From Candidatus Acidiferrum sp. (lineage in GTDB: Archaea; Thermoproteota; Bathyarchaeia; 40CM-2-53-6), in NCBI GenBank assembly GCA_035638535.1, contig DASQZS010000167.1:1-24343 (forward strand): 24,343 bases of DNA, in the 5' to 3' direction. Numbering within the stretch: position 1 is the stretch's first letter; each line of letters starts with the position of its first letter. Below are positions 23,957-24,343 of the stretch, in pieces. A program made the translations under genes and the position numbers. The notes below the pieces were generated by a model. That model searched no databases and was not told the origin of the DNA. It saw only the letters and a list, made by a program, of their open reading frames with translations.

Positions 23957-24343
23957 TTATCTGTCCTGTGATTGTGCTGTGGTTAGAATTGTAATTGTGA
24001 AGATTGATCCTTTTCCGAGAGAACTCTCGACATTGATAGTTCCGCCATGAGCTTCTACTATTCGCTTGCAAATTGCCAATCCCAAACCGACCCCCTTAGG
24101 TTTAGTCGTGTAGAGAGGAGCCCAAATTTTCTCCATATCCTCCTTCGATATTCCCCTTCCCGTGTCTGCAAACACAATCTCCATTTTACCGTTCACTTGC
24201 TTGTTTGAGATTGTTAGTGTACCGCCTACAGACATCGCATCGAGAGCGTTTTCGATTATGTTGATGAACGTTCGTATGAGTTGATCTTTATCCACGAAAC
24301 ACGTTGGTGTAGTCGTGGTCATGTCTTCTACCCGAATTGTATT
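23957..24343 (-). CDS. Histidine kinase, C-terminal HATPase domain (5' part lies outside the window)
   Basis: Frame is open to the window edge (NTIRVEDM...); NIIENALDAM, DTGRG and YTTKPKGVGLGL; paralogous to 18748..21072. Confidence 0.93.
   Translation of the reverse strand, partial: NTIRVEDMTTTTPTCFVDKDQLIRTFINIIENALDAMSVGGTLTISNKQVNGKMEIVFADTGRGISKEDMEKIWAPLYTTKPKGVGLGLAICKRIVEAHGGTINVESSLGKGSIFTITILTTAQSQDR

Overview
Archaeal chromosomal segment, most consistent with Candidatus Bathyarchaeia (inferred from gene content, not a database match). Supporting signals: a PolB2-type family-B polymerase, GAGGTGA Shine-Dalgarno sites, TATA-box promoters, many CxxC-x-FCxxCG zinc-ribbon proteins, an archaeal winged-helix regulator, and PAS histidine kinases with a stand-alone receiver. 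About 27 CDSs; no rRNA, tRNA, CRISPR array, integrase or transposase seen. Contents: SAM methyltransferase, glutaredoxin-like protein, atypical arginase-family enzyme, several surface/membrane proteins with cytoplasmic zinc-ribbon tails, a GDT1-family transporter, PolB2, a DUF1800-DUF1501 pair, cyclase-family hydrolase, GST-fold protein, two-component genes, MscL and a class I/II aminotransferase. The most striking unannotated structure is at 11.3-13.5 kb. A 37-aa micro-ORF absent from the ORF track (12002..12115) copies the N-terminal coiled coil of the overlapping wHTH regulator but lacks its DNA-binding domain. It is preceded by four TGTCGATA half-sites positioned on two divergent TATA boxes, and flanked by a membrane protein + Zn-finger operon and a triple zinc-ribbon/transglutaminase-like gene. 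This looks like a microprotein anti-repressor switch (SinI/SinR-like logic); that interpretation is inference.
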